Translations under genes and position numbers: made by a program | NCBI RefSeq assembly: GCF_006345805.1 | Contig: NC_042999.1 | Location: forward strand, 131,998,001-132,062,000 | Direction: 5' to 3' | Source: Octopus sinensis | Lineage: Eukaryota | DNA: 64,000 nucleotides | Shown: positions 39,677 through 52,821 of the stretch, piece after piece | Layout of the letters: each line of letters opens with the position of its first letter | How positions within the stretch are numbered: position 1 is the stretch's first letter | Notes under the pieces: model-generated | Databases searched by the model: none | The model's input: the letters and a program-made list of their open reading frames with translations, nothing else | Told to the model about the DNA's origin: nothing

Positions 39677-40247
39677 ATTATTTAATAAACACAATATATG
39701 TTTTTATGTGCTACTATTAGTTTCATATGTTGAGAACATGCCAAACATTGTTTTATAACATGTCTGGTATCCCAGCACAATCATCAGGCACTGCCCTCAT
39801 GGCATAACAAACTAAAAAGAGGGTGAGAGAAAAGCGAGAATGAATTTGCCATAGAAAGCCTAGTGCAGAGGTATATAGTGTAATGTTCCATAATGGTAAG
39901 ATCAACAAAAAAAGTGCTCCATCTGGTGAGAGATAAATATTATTTTATAAACACAGTATGTTTTTTTTTTGTACTACTATTAGCTTTCTGCTTGGCTTTC
40001 TACTGCAAATTCATTCTCACTTTTTTTTTTCCCTAACCCCATTTTTAGCTTGTTGTGCCATGTGGGCAGTATCAGATGATTGTGCTGGGACATCAGACAT
40101 GTTATAAAGCAATGTTTGGTATGTTCTCAGCCTATGAAACTAATAGTAACACATAGAAATATATATTGTATTTATCAAATAATATTTATCTCCCAGTTGG
40201 AGTCCTTTTTTTGTTGATCTTACCATCACAGAACAGTACACTATACG
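39677..40247. repeat. Diverged inverted repeat, about 195-bp arms (39677-39870 and 39985-40185) plus an extra rearranged segment
   Basis: ctattagtttcata..tgagaacatgccaaacattgttttataacatgtctg..cccagcacaatcatc pairs with gatgattgtgctggga..cagacatgttataaagcaatgtttggtatgttctcag..tatgaaactaatag. Confidence 0.88.
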
Positions 40248-43161
40248 TGTGTGTGTATATATATATATATCATCATCATCATACTTCCAATTTCCATGGG
40301 TTAGACAGTTTGACAGGAGCCGATAAATGGAGAGCTGTCCAGGCTCCAATTGTCTGTTTTGGCACAGTTTCTATGGTTGGATGCCTTTCCTAATGCCAAT
40401 TCCTTTACAGAGTGTACTGGATGTTTTTTAAGTGGTACCAGCACCAGTGATTTCTACATAGCACCAGTACACATGGTCTTAACATGATGTGTGTGTGTGT
40501 GTGTGTATGTGCAGGTATGTTGATGCAAACAGGAAAAATAGAACTCGAAATATGAGTATATCATAAGAGGCAACTAAAAATATTGGCATCAGGAAGGGCA
40601 TCTGGCCATAAAACACAGCATTAAAAAGGTCCTGTCCAACTCATGCCAACCTGTAAAAGTGGACATAAAAAAAAAGATGGCAATACAATATTAGAATCAA
40701 CAAATTACTTAATAGTTTTACTGACTTATATTTCATCTTAGCATGCCATTGATTCTTTAGTGAATGGTGATGCCAGAATTCTTCAAATATTAACAATCCT
40801 TAAACATATATGCATGCATGCATGTGTTTACTCTTGTGTGTTATTTGTATCTTCTGCAATAGGTGTTCATAGTACAATTGGATGCTCTACCAAAGCAGTT
40901 CTTCAAGGGAGCACTTTATTATGCTATGTTGACACAGAATGCTCTAAATTTTTCAGTAACAGCTATACACCTAACTTGTACACATATGAAATACTCTATA
41001 TGTATATGCATGAAGGTGTGTGGCTTAGTGGTTAGGGGTTTTTGCCTTATGAATATAAGTTTGTGTGTTCAATTCCTGCTGAAATGTGTCCTTAAGCACG
41101 ACACTTTATTTCACATTGCTCCTGTCCACTCAGCTGGTAAAAATGAGTACTACCTATATTTCAAAAAGCCAGCCTTGTCACACTGTGTCACACTGAATCT
41201 CCCTGAGAACTATGTTATGGGTACACATGTCTGTGGAGTGCTCAGCCACTTGCATATTAATTTCCCAAGTAGGCAGTTCCATTGATTGGATCAACTGGAA
41301 CCCTCAGAGTGCCGGTGCCATATGCGCATGTGCACATGTGTGTTTGTGTGTGCGTGTTGTGGACTGCTCTTTTGTAAATGACAGATAAGGAAGCTTCAGC
41401 ACAGATTTGTTTATAGCGATCAATTTTTTGTGCTGTATCTTAAGTTCACTCCCTCCATCAGATCGACATTTCCCTGTACAGAGGTGCACTGTGTGGCGTA
41501 TGTTAGGTATCAAAGTGATCGTACTACAACGTGAAATGAAGTATTTTCCTCAAGAACACAACAAACTGCCCAGTCTGGGAATTGAAACCACAATCTTAGA
41601 ATCATGTGTTCAACACACACACGCATACCACATGCGATGTGTAGAAAGCATCATCAATTTTTAATATGTATAAATAATGAAATGTATGTCTTTCCATTGT
41701 ATCTCTTTGTGTGAATCTGCATGGTGTATAATTATTCTAACATCAACATTGGATGTATGAAATAATTTGTTGAATTAGGAATGTTGGTTTACACCCATCA
41801 AATCTGACAGAGAGATTGATCAGAGATGGAAGGGGAGAACAGATAATTGAAATAACACCCTGAGATTTTTGCCTGCTTCCAAGCCAGATGTGTTATCAAT
41901 TGATCTACCAGCCAATGAGGGCTGCTGTACACACTTGTTATTGCTGCTGCTGCTGTTGTTGTTGTTGTTTTGCCACAGTTCAGTGCTGATTGAGCAGACC
42001 TATGATCAAAGGCATTCCAGCCATAACCATCCCATCTTCCTGTGTACAGAGAAATCTGTACTATATTATCTAATGTGGTATTTGTCTAAAATAGCAGGAT
42101 GAGTAAGATTTCAGAGAAATTTGGCTGCTATTTCAGCAGGTTGGCACTCCATTAGTTATGACAATGAAGGTTCTAGTTGATCCAATCAACAGAGCAGTCT
42201 GCTCAGGAAATTAATACACAAGTGGCTGAGCGCTCCACAAACACATGTACCCTTAATGTAGTTCTCAGGGAGATTCCGCATGACACAGAATGTGATAAGG
42301 CTGGCCCTTTGAATTACAGGTACTACTCATTTTTACCAGCTGAGTGGACTGGAGCAACATGAAAGAAAGTGTCTTGCTTAAGGACACTACACGCTACCAA
42401 GAATCAAACTCAGGACCTTATGATTGTGAGTCGAATATCCTAGCCACAGAGCCACATGCCCTCACCCAGCAGGTCAAGCTACTGTATATTTAGCTTGTTT
42501 GTTGGCTAGTCTTCTGTGCAGTTGTTGCTTGAGTTGCTAAAAAGAGCACCCAACTTTTTCTCAAATTACACTCTTTCCATCAGAAAGCATGTATGGATAG
42601 ATGTAGCTGTTGGACAGTGTAACTGATGGCCTAAAGAATAATAATAATAATATGGTCCAAGCTGTAATGATTTTGATTATAAGTCTACTACTGGATCATG
42701 CCTGATCTGGTTGCTAAGTAACAGCAACATGTTATTCTTGTATTCCACTTTTCCTTTCTCCTGTAATTGTTTTAGCTCAAATGTGCTATAGCATAAAATC
42801 ATAGTAGGTACTGGGATAGCCACCAGATGAAAAGAACAACTGTTTGTACCCTGTCACCAAGAGATCAGTCTGCTTCACTTTAAGGTGTTACTACTTGATG
42901 TAAATAAGTAAACCCTTATAGATAACAGCACTGCTGTGTTCCATTCTCCCACCTCACCCCCACTATGGATTTTTTTTTTTTTTTTTTTTTTAAACATTTC
43001 AATTCCAGCAATGCCCATAGTATTTATTGAACAGTGCTCTTGGATTTGAAACAAGAAGAAAAGCAGGATTCATTGGCCTGGTGTATAAGACAATATAGTA
43101 GGTTGTTACTGACTGATATTGTCACCATTTATCTGACAATAATACATGGATTCATCTAGTG

Positions 43162-43532
43162 CAGTGATTCTGAACCAGAGTCCATATGATCCCTAGTGGG
43201 AGCAGTATAAGATTTGAGCGGAGGAGGGGTCTGTGGAAGCAAAATAGTAAGTTGGGGATTCACAGTAGTATATTAAGGGTCCATAAATAAATTTTGCTCT
43301 AGATGTATTTATGACATGAAACAGCAAGATTTCTTTCTCTAAAGTCTTACATAGTTCAACTTACGCAAGTTAATGTGTGAAAAACAAAATAGGAATTTTA
43401 AACGAAGTATCTCTAAAACCTAACCCTAACCCTAAAACTAATTTTTAAGCATCAAATGGCTATGGGATGGGGACACCAGAGTAAGATAGTAATCAAAGGG
43501 GTCCATAGGTGAGAAATGATTGAGAACCACTG
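43162..43532. mobile_element. hAT (Charlie-like) MITE
   Basis: TIR cagtgattctgaacc / tgattgagaaccactg; 8-bp TSD atctagtg / atctactg. Confidence 0.85.
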
Positions 43533-44404
43533 ATCTACTGCTATGTGTATTAGAAGGTAAAATGCTATCTATAGTTACATTTAGATCTGTACATATTATG
43601 TGTACACATCATACAGAGCTGTACATAGTGTGATATGGTTGTACATGTATACTTCCTCTTTGGATTGTAGTATGTTGAGTGATACATGTTTATACTATAT
43701 ACACTTATGTGTTGAGCTGTTCATATATGTTCACCTTATATGTAGTAGAGCATTGTGTCCTACCTCTGTGTTTATATTGTATATATAGTGATTGTTCAGT
43801 ACTGTATGTTTGTTTATACTTTAGAATTGGTGTAACGAAGGCACATGGCTCAATGGTTAGCGTATTGGGTTCACAATCATGGAGTAGTAAGATCAATTCT
43901 CTGGACTGGGCTGTTGTATTGTGTTCTTGAGCAAGACACTTTATTTCACATTGCTGCAGTTCACTCAGCTGTAGAAATGAGTTGTGACGTCACAGGTGCC
44001 AAGCTGTATCGGCCTTTGCTTTTCTTGTGGATAATATCAGCAGCATGGAGAGGAGAGGCTGGTATGCATGGGTGACTGCTGGTCTTCCATAAATGACTTT
44101 GCCTGAGGCTAACTTTCTAGGTGCAATCCCATGGTCATTCATGACCGAAGGGGCTCTTTACCTAGAGTTGGTGCTGTAAGCATTTTATCAGTTGCTTGAT
44201 CCTACAGCTTAGCTGTCCCCACAAACTGAGAATATTGTTGAAATTATTGCTACCACACTAAAATGTTATTCAAGGTAGCTACAACACAGAAGTGTTCATA
44301 ACTACACCTGACAATATTGATAAAGACTGCTACTAACATTATTTATCCATCCATCCATCTTCTCTACCTACTATTCCTGGAAGGGTCACAGGTGGTAGAG
44401 TAGA

Positions 44405-44788
44405 GATGTTAGTCATCTCTTCCATAAAATACTATCAGAAGTAACTGCCATTAGATTTTCTAGCTGGATGCTCAAGCATGACCATGGATATTATCCAGCC
44501 ATCTCATTGTTAGTCTACTCCTAGGTCTCCTGCCAGTCAACTCAGCTAGAAGAATCCTCTCTTACATTTGTTTTTTTTACCCTGTGAGGTTCTAATCACA
44601 TGTCCCCAGCATCAAAGCTGTGACCTCTCAATGAATTGAAGTAGTGTCTCAACCTGAAGAGACTCTCTGATCTTTGAGCTACTTGTCCCTGTCAAGTAAC
44701 ATTACTCCAGAGATCCTTCAGAGCAAACCTCATTTCTGCCACTTGTATTTGTGACCATGCTCTTTTGGTCATAACCCAATATTCATCA
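44405..44788 (-). mobile_element. RTE-clade LINE 3' coding fragment
   Basis: The minus strand reads EYWVMTKR..SQIQVAEMRF...KIRESLQVE...IERSQL..WGHVIR...GRRPR...RWLDNI across frameshifts. Confidence 0.8.
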
Positions 44789-45573
44789 TCAGCGCCACCA
44801 TCTTTGTTTAATGTCTGTCTTCCATGAGTTGGCATGAGTTGAACAGTTCAACAAGAGCTGGCCAAGCAGAAGACTACACCAGACTTCTGTGTCCATTTTG
44901 GCATGGTTTTTATGGCCGAATGCCCTTCCTAACACCGACCACTCCACAGAGTGGACTGAGTGCTTTTTACATGACATGAGGACAGGCAAGGTCAGTTTTG
45001 GCGTGGTTTTTACAGACAGCTTTGACCAAAGCTACATTTGATAAGACATTATGGTTATATTTGGCAGTATTAATCATAGTTATAGCTGACAGTATTGATC
45101 ATAATTACAACAGTCTAGGTGCTCATAATAACTAACATTAGTGCTTATAGCTACATCTGACACAAGCTCTCAAAGATACATGTGAAACTAGCAGGTTGTT
45201 ATAGTTACAACTAGCCATATTGATCATATTCTTATACAAGAGAAACTCTCAAAGCAACATCTTATGGTAAAGTAAAGTTACCTTCTTGAGTCATACCAAC
45301 TCATAGGGCTGATTTCATGGCATATATATTCCCTACTTGAATAGGACACTAGTCCATTGCAGGATTACTCATTTTTGCCAGCTGATTGGATTGGAGAGTC
45401 ATAAAATGAAGTGTTTTGCTCAAGAACACAACATGTTGCCTAATCCTGGAATTAAAACCACAATCTTATGATCATGAGTTCAACACCCTAACCACTGAGT
45501 TGCATGTCCCCACTGGGAGGTATCGTAATTCTAGCTAAGAATATTGATCATAACTAAAACTGATTGTAATTAA

Positions 45574-45793
45574 CCCTTTCGTTACCGTATTTATTTTGAG
45601 ATGCTCTGTGTTTCTTTCAGTTACTTTAAATATAACAAAGAATTTAGTAAAATAACTTAGTTATCATTCAGCTAGTGTTAGGAACATAAATTGTGACTAA
45701 GGTTTAGTGGAAGATTTTAATTCAAAACTTATGAAAACAAGACATGTGTACTCAAAGCCAGAGCCAGTTTCAGCGAGGTTGGTAACAAAAGGG
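45574..45793. mobile_element. piggyBac-type MITE (220 bp)
   Basis: TTAA TSD at 45570-45573 and 45794-45797. TIR ccctttcgttacc / ggtaacaaaaggg (1 mismatch). A related degenerate copy lies at about 50101-50320. Confidence 0.88.
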
Positions 45794-46222
45794 TTAATCA
45801 TAGCTATCAGTGACAGGTGAGATCATTGTTAGATCTGACAAGTTGTAGATGCTATTGATAGGATTGATCCTAGCTGCATCTGGGGAAAGTGACTGGTTAT
45901 ATCAGACAGACAGTATTATAGGTGTAACTTGATTCCATTGATTTTTAGTTACAACTGACAGGAGTGTTCATAGATAGTGTTCATATCTCAGTTACATTTG
46001 ACAGTGTTGATTATCACTGTATTTGATCATGGTTACTGCTGACAGAAGTTGATAAAGAAGTGAAAGAATGTTATAACATGATAATATTGGAAGTAGTGAA
46101 TAAGTGTAGTTAAGAAAATTAGCCTCTTCAGTCTAGTAAGATAGTTTTGGGTAGAATTATATAAAGAACCTAAAATTAATTGACAGGTAATGGATCAGGT
46201 AAATATTTCGTTTTAGAGAAGG

Positions 46223-46460
46223 TGTCACGTAAAAGCACCCAGTTGGTGCCACATAAAAGCATCTATGCAGTGCTATGTAAAGGCACTCATTTAGTGCCGT
46301 GTAAAAGTACCCATTTGGTGCCACATAAAAGCACCTGTTCAGTACCATGTAAAAGCACCCATGTGGCTCCACATAAAAGTGCCCATTCAGTGCTACATAA
46401 AAGCGCCCTTGCAGCATCACAACAAAGCATCTGTGCAATGTCACAAAAGCATCCAGCACA
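46223..46460 (+). repeat. 24-bp minisatellite, about 10 units (gtgccacataaaagcacccattca)
   Basis: Contiguous units derived from the cacgtaaaagcaccc segment of the adjoining SINE. Confidence 0.88.
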
Positions 46461-46622
46461 TTCTCTATAGTGGTTGGCATTAGGAAGGGCATCCAGCCAC
46501 AGAAACCTTGCCAAATCAGATTGGCATCTGGTGCATCCCCCCAGCTTGCCAGCTCTGGTCACACCATCCAACCCATGCCTGCATGGACAACGGACAGTAG
46601 ATGATGATGATGATGAAATTAA

Positions 46623-47192
46623 CCCCTTAGCATTTAAACCAACCATATCCAGCCCAAATATTCTACTTGTTTTATGTTCAATTCAACCAGATGTTATCTC
46701 TCACACCTGTCATTTTAAAAACAAACAATCGTATCATCAAAATGTCAAATCTATGAGATGATGCATGATTAACTGAAAATAATGTGAGTCAATAAGCATT
46801 ACAGCAATGCATTAGACTGAGTAATCTGAATGCTAAAGGGTTAAACTGGCCATATCAGGTCCAAATATTCTGCATGTTTTATGTTCAAACCAGCCAGATT
46901 TAACCCCTCACACCCACCATACTATGTCTTCTAAAACTATGCAATCACATTACTTAACTCTCAACACTACAAGATAATGCATACTTAACCCTTTAGCAGT
47001 CAGATTTCTTTATCGGATATAATGTTTAATTATTCACAATGTTTAGAATTAATCCTGTATTCAAAGGTTTCAATGATGTGACAATATATATTTGGAATGA
47101 CATTGTAGGGTGAATGTGAGAGGCCAGTTCTAGCCAAATCAATTGGAATAAATAAGGAATACATTTAACAGAGTAATCAGAATGCTAAAGAG
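46623..47192. mobile_element. Cluster of three ccctttagcat-family MITEs, tandem and nested
   Basis: A full copy at 46623-46840 with TTAA TSD, then a second copy at 46845-47192 interrupted at an internal TTAA (about 46985) by a reversed third copy. Confidence 0.75.
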
Positions 47193-49384
47193 TTATACTA
47201 TCAGAACTGGTGAATTGATAGAAATGCTTTCTGAATCAACTAAGATGGAGATTTAATCATTGGATTGTAGTAGTGTATGGTCTTTTAACATTGTTTTATA
47301 GTTGTTGCTAGTATCGTTTAACCCTACCTCAGCCTTGACAAAGCAGGCCTCAGAGATCAAAGATATTAACAGCTCTTGACTAACCTGCCTGTCATATTCA
47401 GACATAGTCAGTCAAGGACTACATTATCCAATGTGTCTTTGCTTGTTATTAAAACAGTAGGGCTGTCATGAGTGAACTCTGGCCCCACAGGACTCTCTGA
47501 ATGGCATGCCTAATCAAAAATTGCCTGTTTTTTGTAGTGTGGCTTTACTTATGATGAGGCATGTCTCATGCAGCCCACTTTTCAAGAAAAGGTGCCCATG
47601 CTTCCAGTAGGGAGTGATTTGGGGTATATGTGGCTGCTAGCAGATCAAATTACCATACCTTCAAATAAGTATCATTTCTTTTATCTTGATTCTTACTCTA
47701 TTTTGACAAAGGGCTCACCTGAAATGTTAGTCTACTGCTTTTCTTTTTTTTCCCCCCAGTTTACTATTTCTTGTGCACAACTTTTGCGTTTACACTTTAT
47801 CCATTATTTTTCAAGTGTTTGTCTACCTGTTGGAAACTCACGTTACCCATTTGTCTGTCTTTTATTCCTCTTATCCCATTTATGTTGGGTTTTTTACATA
47901 CTATACAGGGATTTTTATTTTTATTTTATCTATTTATAATGTAACCATTGGTGGTTACAGGTGATGTCTATATAAAAGATGTACAAATTGTTTTTTAAAG
48001 TCCTGTTCTCATTGAGCTGCTGCTGTTGCAGTATTTTGCTAACATAGAGCACCAGTTGACGACATTGATAATGTTTCTTGCAGCCAGAACCAAATCATAT
48101 TATGCTGAATTTTAAAGTGAATCTATTTTGGAACTCATTGTTATTCATATTGTATTCTGATTCCCACACTCCATCTAACATTTTGTATTATCAAACATGC
48201 AGGACTATTTTATAGTGTCCAGACATGTTAGAAGTATTTCATTAGCAACTGAAGTATTTTCTTAGCAACTGGAATATTTTCTTATAACCACAGGCATGTG
48301 AGAGTATCTTCTAATGTCTAAACATAATTGGGAGTATTTTTCTAAATGTGCTGGCATGTTAGAATGTGTTCTAATGAACTTACATATTAGAGTGTATTAT
48401 GATGCTCAGACAGAGTCTAGTTTTTAGTGACTAGCTATGCTGGATTTGTTTATACTGACATCATCATCATCATTTAACATCCATTTTCCATGCTGGCATG
48501 AGTAAGGCAGTTTGACTGGAGCTGGTAAACTAGAGAGCTGCACCAGGCTCCAGTCTGTTTTAGCTTGGTTTCTACAACTGGATGCCCTTCCTAATACCAA
48601 CTACTCTACAAAGTGTACTGGATGCCTTTTACGTGTCACCAGCTTGGGTGCCTTTTATGTGTCACCAACACAGGTGCCTTTTATGTGTAACCAGTACCAG
48701 CTACAACCACCATTTCAATTAGCATGACATATCTTCTCAAGCACAGCAAATTGTCAGAAGTCTCAATCACTTGTCATCACCTTCATGAGACTCAACATCC
48801 AGAGATCATATTTTTCCACCTCATCCCATGTCTTCCTCAGTCTTACAAGTTTATTAATAGTGTACTGTGCAAGGTACTGTAAAATAGGGCTGCTCAGTAA
48901 ACAAGTCTGGTGGCCCACAGGAATTTGAAGTTCCTACTTGTAAATTTGTACAGATTATAAGAGGTTCCACTCCATCAGTGTCTGGAGCATTAATATTGTA
49001 CCTGCATTACCTTCAGGTCTGTGGATTGGCAGAACAGTTATATACCTTGTGGTAGTTATTCTTATTGCTCTTTATGTTCTAAGTTCAAATCATGTTGAGA
49101 TCAACTTCATCTTTCATTCTTTCAGAGTTGATAAAAATAATACTGGGTTTGAGTTAATTCGTTACTCTTTCCTCCAAAATTCTGGCTTTGTGCCAATGGT
49201 AGAAATCAGTATTATGTTAAGAGTACTGGATTAATAGAATCAGTTGGTAGAGTGTAAGGCTTACGGCATTTAGTTATGATTTTTAAATTGAGTTCAAACC
49301 TTGCCACGATTGACTTTGCCTTTCATCTTTCTAGGGTTGATGAAATAAGTACCAGTTAATTACTTTTATTGATATAATTGCTTA

Positions 49385-49388
<4 letters not shown>

Positions 49389-49468
<80 letters not shown>
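49389..49468. repeat. (CT)n microsatellite
   Basis: About 40 units with one interruption. Confidence 0.95.
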
Positions 49469-49473
<5 letters not shown>

Positions 49474-49802
49474 GTGTTATCTTGTGTCTGCATTAGAAAT
49501 CAATAAATCAATATTGATATTCTTTTCACACAAGGCTTGAAATTTGGGGGGAGGGCACAAGTTGATTAGATCAACTTCAGTATGCAACTGGTACTTAATT
49601 TTTTGACCCCAAAAGGATGAAAGGCAAAGTCGACCTCAGCAGAATTTGAACTCAGAACGTAAAGACAGACAAAATACTGCTAAGCATTTCGCCCTGTACA
49701 CTAATATTTCTGCCAGAAATCAATATTGATATTACTTGTCCTAAAGAGGATTGTTTTGTATGTGTTTGTTGTTTTTTTAGTCTTGTTTTTGTTTTCTTTT
49801 AG

Positions 49803-50030
49803 AGTTTAGCATTGAGCACAGCAACCCTAATGTTTATGTTAATGCGTGACCGACTCAGCTACGATGTTGGCCAGGACACACTTAGTCTTATTGTGCAGTT
49901 ACTGGAAATGGAGAGTGACAGTGATTTAGACAACACTGAATATGTCCGGATGAAAGATAAAGTGATGGAATTGTACAAAGAATGTCATAAAATAGGAATG
50001 GCCAAACAAATTGATCTCGAGTCTATATCA
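49803..50030 (+). CDS. WAPL: WAPL internal exon (228 nt): SLALSTATLMFMLMRDRLSYDVGQDTLSLIVQLLEM...KQIDLESIS
   Basis: Acceptor ttttcttttag at 49802, donor gtaagt at 50031. 76 codons, phase 0/0; overlaps ORF 49812-50084. Confidence 0.95.
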
Positions 50031-50844
50031 GTAAGTATTTCCACTTCCAAATTCTTTTCTTTTATGTTTTGTTTCTCAAGGTAATACTTACTCAGTTTAG
50101 CTCTTCTGTTACCATATTTCTGTCAACATATGCTGCCTTTGTTTCATTTAATTTTTAAAATAATGAAGAATTTAGTGAAATAACTTTTTCATTCATAAGC
50201 TGTGGTCTGGAACAAATTAACATAAAATTTTGGTGGAAGATTATAATTTAGACCATGTTAAAACTGTAACTTTATGTCATAGAACTTCGAGTGGTCTCAG
50301 GCAAGTTGGTATCAAAAGGGTTAATTCTTTTACTGCAGAAATCAGATATGACCACTGAAAATTTCATTACCCTTAACTGCAGAAAGAAGTTTATATACCA
50401 ATCTTTTTTGAGGAATATCACGTCTGAAAACACTCTCTTTCTCGAGAGAGGTAGTGAGAGTGTAACTTGCAAAAAAATTTTTGATTCTATTTTCTTCGTA
50501 GATATTCAACATCATTACTGAAGTAACCATGAAATTTAATTTCACAGTTAAGGGGTTAAGTAAGTGAAGTTTGAGCATTGATTAGAACATTATGAAGGGT
50601 TAACTAATTGAAGCTGTAGGATTTTCTTTCCACCTCTTCCAGATGTATATGCCTTTTGCCTTTTAAAGTTTGGTACTTATTCTATTGGTTTATTTTGTCA
50701 AACCACTAAGCCATGGAAATGTTGACGAACCATAAACAGACTAACTCCAGTTGTCAAACAGACACAAAGACACACATAGACATATTTACATACATGCGTG
50801 TGTGTGTATATATATATACACACACACATATATATGTATGTATG

Positions 50845-50890
<46 letters not shown>

Positions 50891-52773
50891 TGTATGTATG
50901 TATATATATATATATTATACGGCAGTCTTCCACATTTTCTGTCAACCAAATTCACTCACAAGGCATTGGTCAGCCTGGGATTATAGCAAATGATAATTAC
51001 CCGAGGTGCCATGCAGTGAGATTGAACCTGAAATCACATGGTTGCAAAGCAAGCTTCTTAACCACATACCCGTACCCATGGTTACTGAATTTGTTAAAAA
51101 TTTCTATATTGCCAGTGTTCAGTTATATAGTATGACAGGATCGCTGTATCAGTTCATCATTTAATGTCAATATCCTCTTATGTGAGAGGTGAAAGGCTAA
51201 TTGCTACTGTGATATAATGAATATGATTCACCATCATCGACTAATGGGATTATATTAGTAGATGACAGTGCTCTCAACCCCCACTCCACCCACGGCAGTT
51301 AATTGCTGAGTCATTGTATTAATGCACGCACTGATCTATTAGTACTCACTAATTTCGAACCAACTTTGTAAGTCTCTACGCGGCTGCTTGACCTATTAGA
51401 AATAGAAGTTATTCATTGAAATCACTTACTATCATCTTTAAAAGACATAAAAAGAAAAAAAAACATAGGAGAGGGTGGTCATGGATGGACCAATTTTGAT
51501 CATAAGCTTGCTCTGTTAGAGTTAAATTGCTGCTGAACAACAACTTTCAGGTTGTAAAATGCATCTTCAGTTCATGTCGAGTTTTGTAATTTTGCGTATT
51601 TCATAAGCACCAGTATAGGAACAAGGATCAAATAGCTGAAAGCTACGAATTTCTTTTTTGCCATAACAGAAGCACAACCAATGGCAGAATGTATAAGAAG
51701 GGGTAACAACATCAACTGTGATCCTGTAGCAGTGGAATCAATTGTGCCTCCATTTATTTTAATTGCAATATATATTTTTTTTTTTAAATGGACGAGTCCA
51801 CATAAAACTTATAAACGCCATGTGATTGATTGGCTGCCTTTAATTATTTAACAAATATACAGCATTTGTTATATTAATTAGGAGTTTAATACACGGCAGT
51901 TCATTCTTACAGATTATTTTTAGTTAAGTTTAATTGGTGGTTTTTTTTAGCTTTTGTGTTGTACTTGTTTCTGTCATTGAATTGTGGCCATGCTGGGACA
52001 CTTTTTTTTTTTTTTTTTTTTTTTTTTTCCTATTTCATATCTGGTACTTATTTTGTCAATATCTTTTGCTGAACTGCTAAGTTACAAATCAACACCAGTT
52101 GTCAAATAGTGAGAATTTGGGTGATAAATACACACATACACACATATATATGACAGGCTTCTTTTAGTTTCTGTCTACCAAATTCACCCACAAGACATTG
52201 TTCAGCCTAGGGCTATAGTAGAAGTAGAAAACACTTGCCCAAGATGTTGTGCAGTGGGACTGAACCCAAGACAATATGGTTGCAAAGTGATAGTCTTAAC
52301 CACACAGCCAAGCTTGCACCTATTTATCTCTTATCTCTTGCTTGTTTCAGTCATTGGGCTATGGCCAAGCTGGAGCACTGCCTTGAAGTGTTTAGTCAAA
52401 CAAATTGACCTTAGTTGTTATTTTTTAAGCCTAGTACTAATTTTTTAATAAACAAACCAACACCAGTTGTCAAGTCATGGTAGGAGACAACACAGACACC
52501 CACACACATATATATGTGTGACAGGTTTTTTCAGTTTCTATCTATCTATGTTGAAAAAATTATCAATAGTTGAAGAAACTGTATAAATATGTGTGGCTAT
52601 AGGCTCAGGCATGGCAATGTGGTATGAAGCTTGCTTCTTAACCACATGATTCTGGGTTCAATCCCAGTGTGACACCTTGGGAAAGTGTCTTCTACTATAA
52701 CCCCAGGCCAACCAAGCTTTGAAAGAAGCCCATTGTATATATATATATATATTAATATTTAGCAAAAGTAACA

Positions 52774-52821
52774 GAGTGACTCAAGGTCCAAGAGTTTCAC
52801 GTGCTGACACTTACCAAACCC
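52774..52821 (-). ncRNA. Type I hammerhead ribozyme motif (U3-A8, with an A6G lesion) with GUC cleavage triplet
   Basis: Minus strand gggu [UUGGUAA] GUGU-cagc-ACGU [GAA] ACUC-uuggaccuu-GAGU C acuc; all three stems can form. Confidence 0.55.

Noticed and set aside
43417-43442. Telomere-like cctaaccctaaccctaa
   Set aside because: Only about 3 units inside a hAT MITE; too short to call an interstitial telomere.
46157-46646. Repetitive ORFs (HKST.. and CFYVA.. repeats) and a CRISPR-like appearance
   Set aside because: These are contiguous 24-bp units with no unique spacers, derived from a SINE. The ORFs stay open only because the unit length is a multiple of 3.
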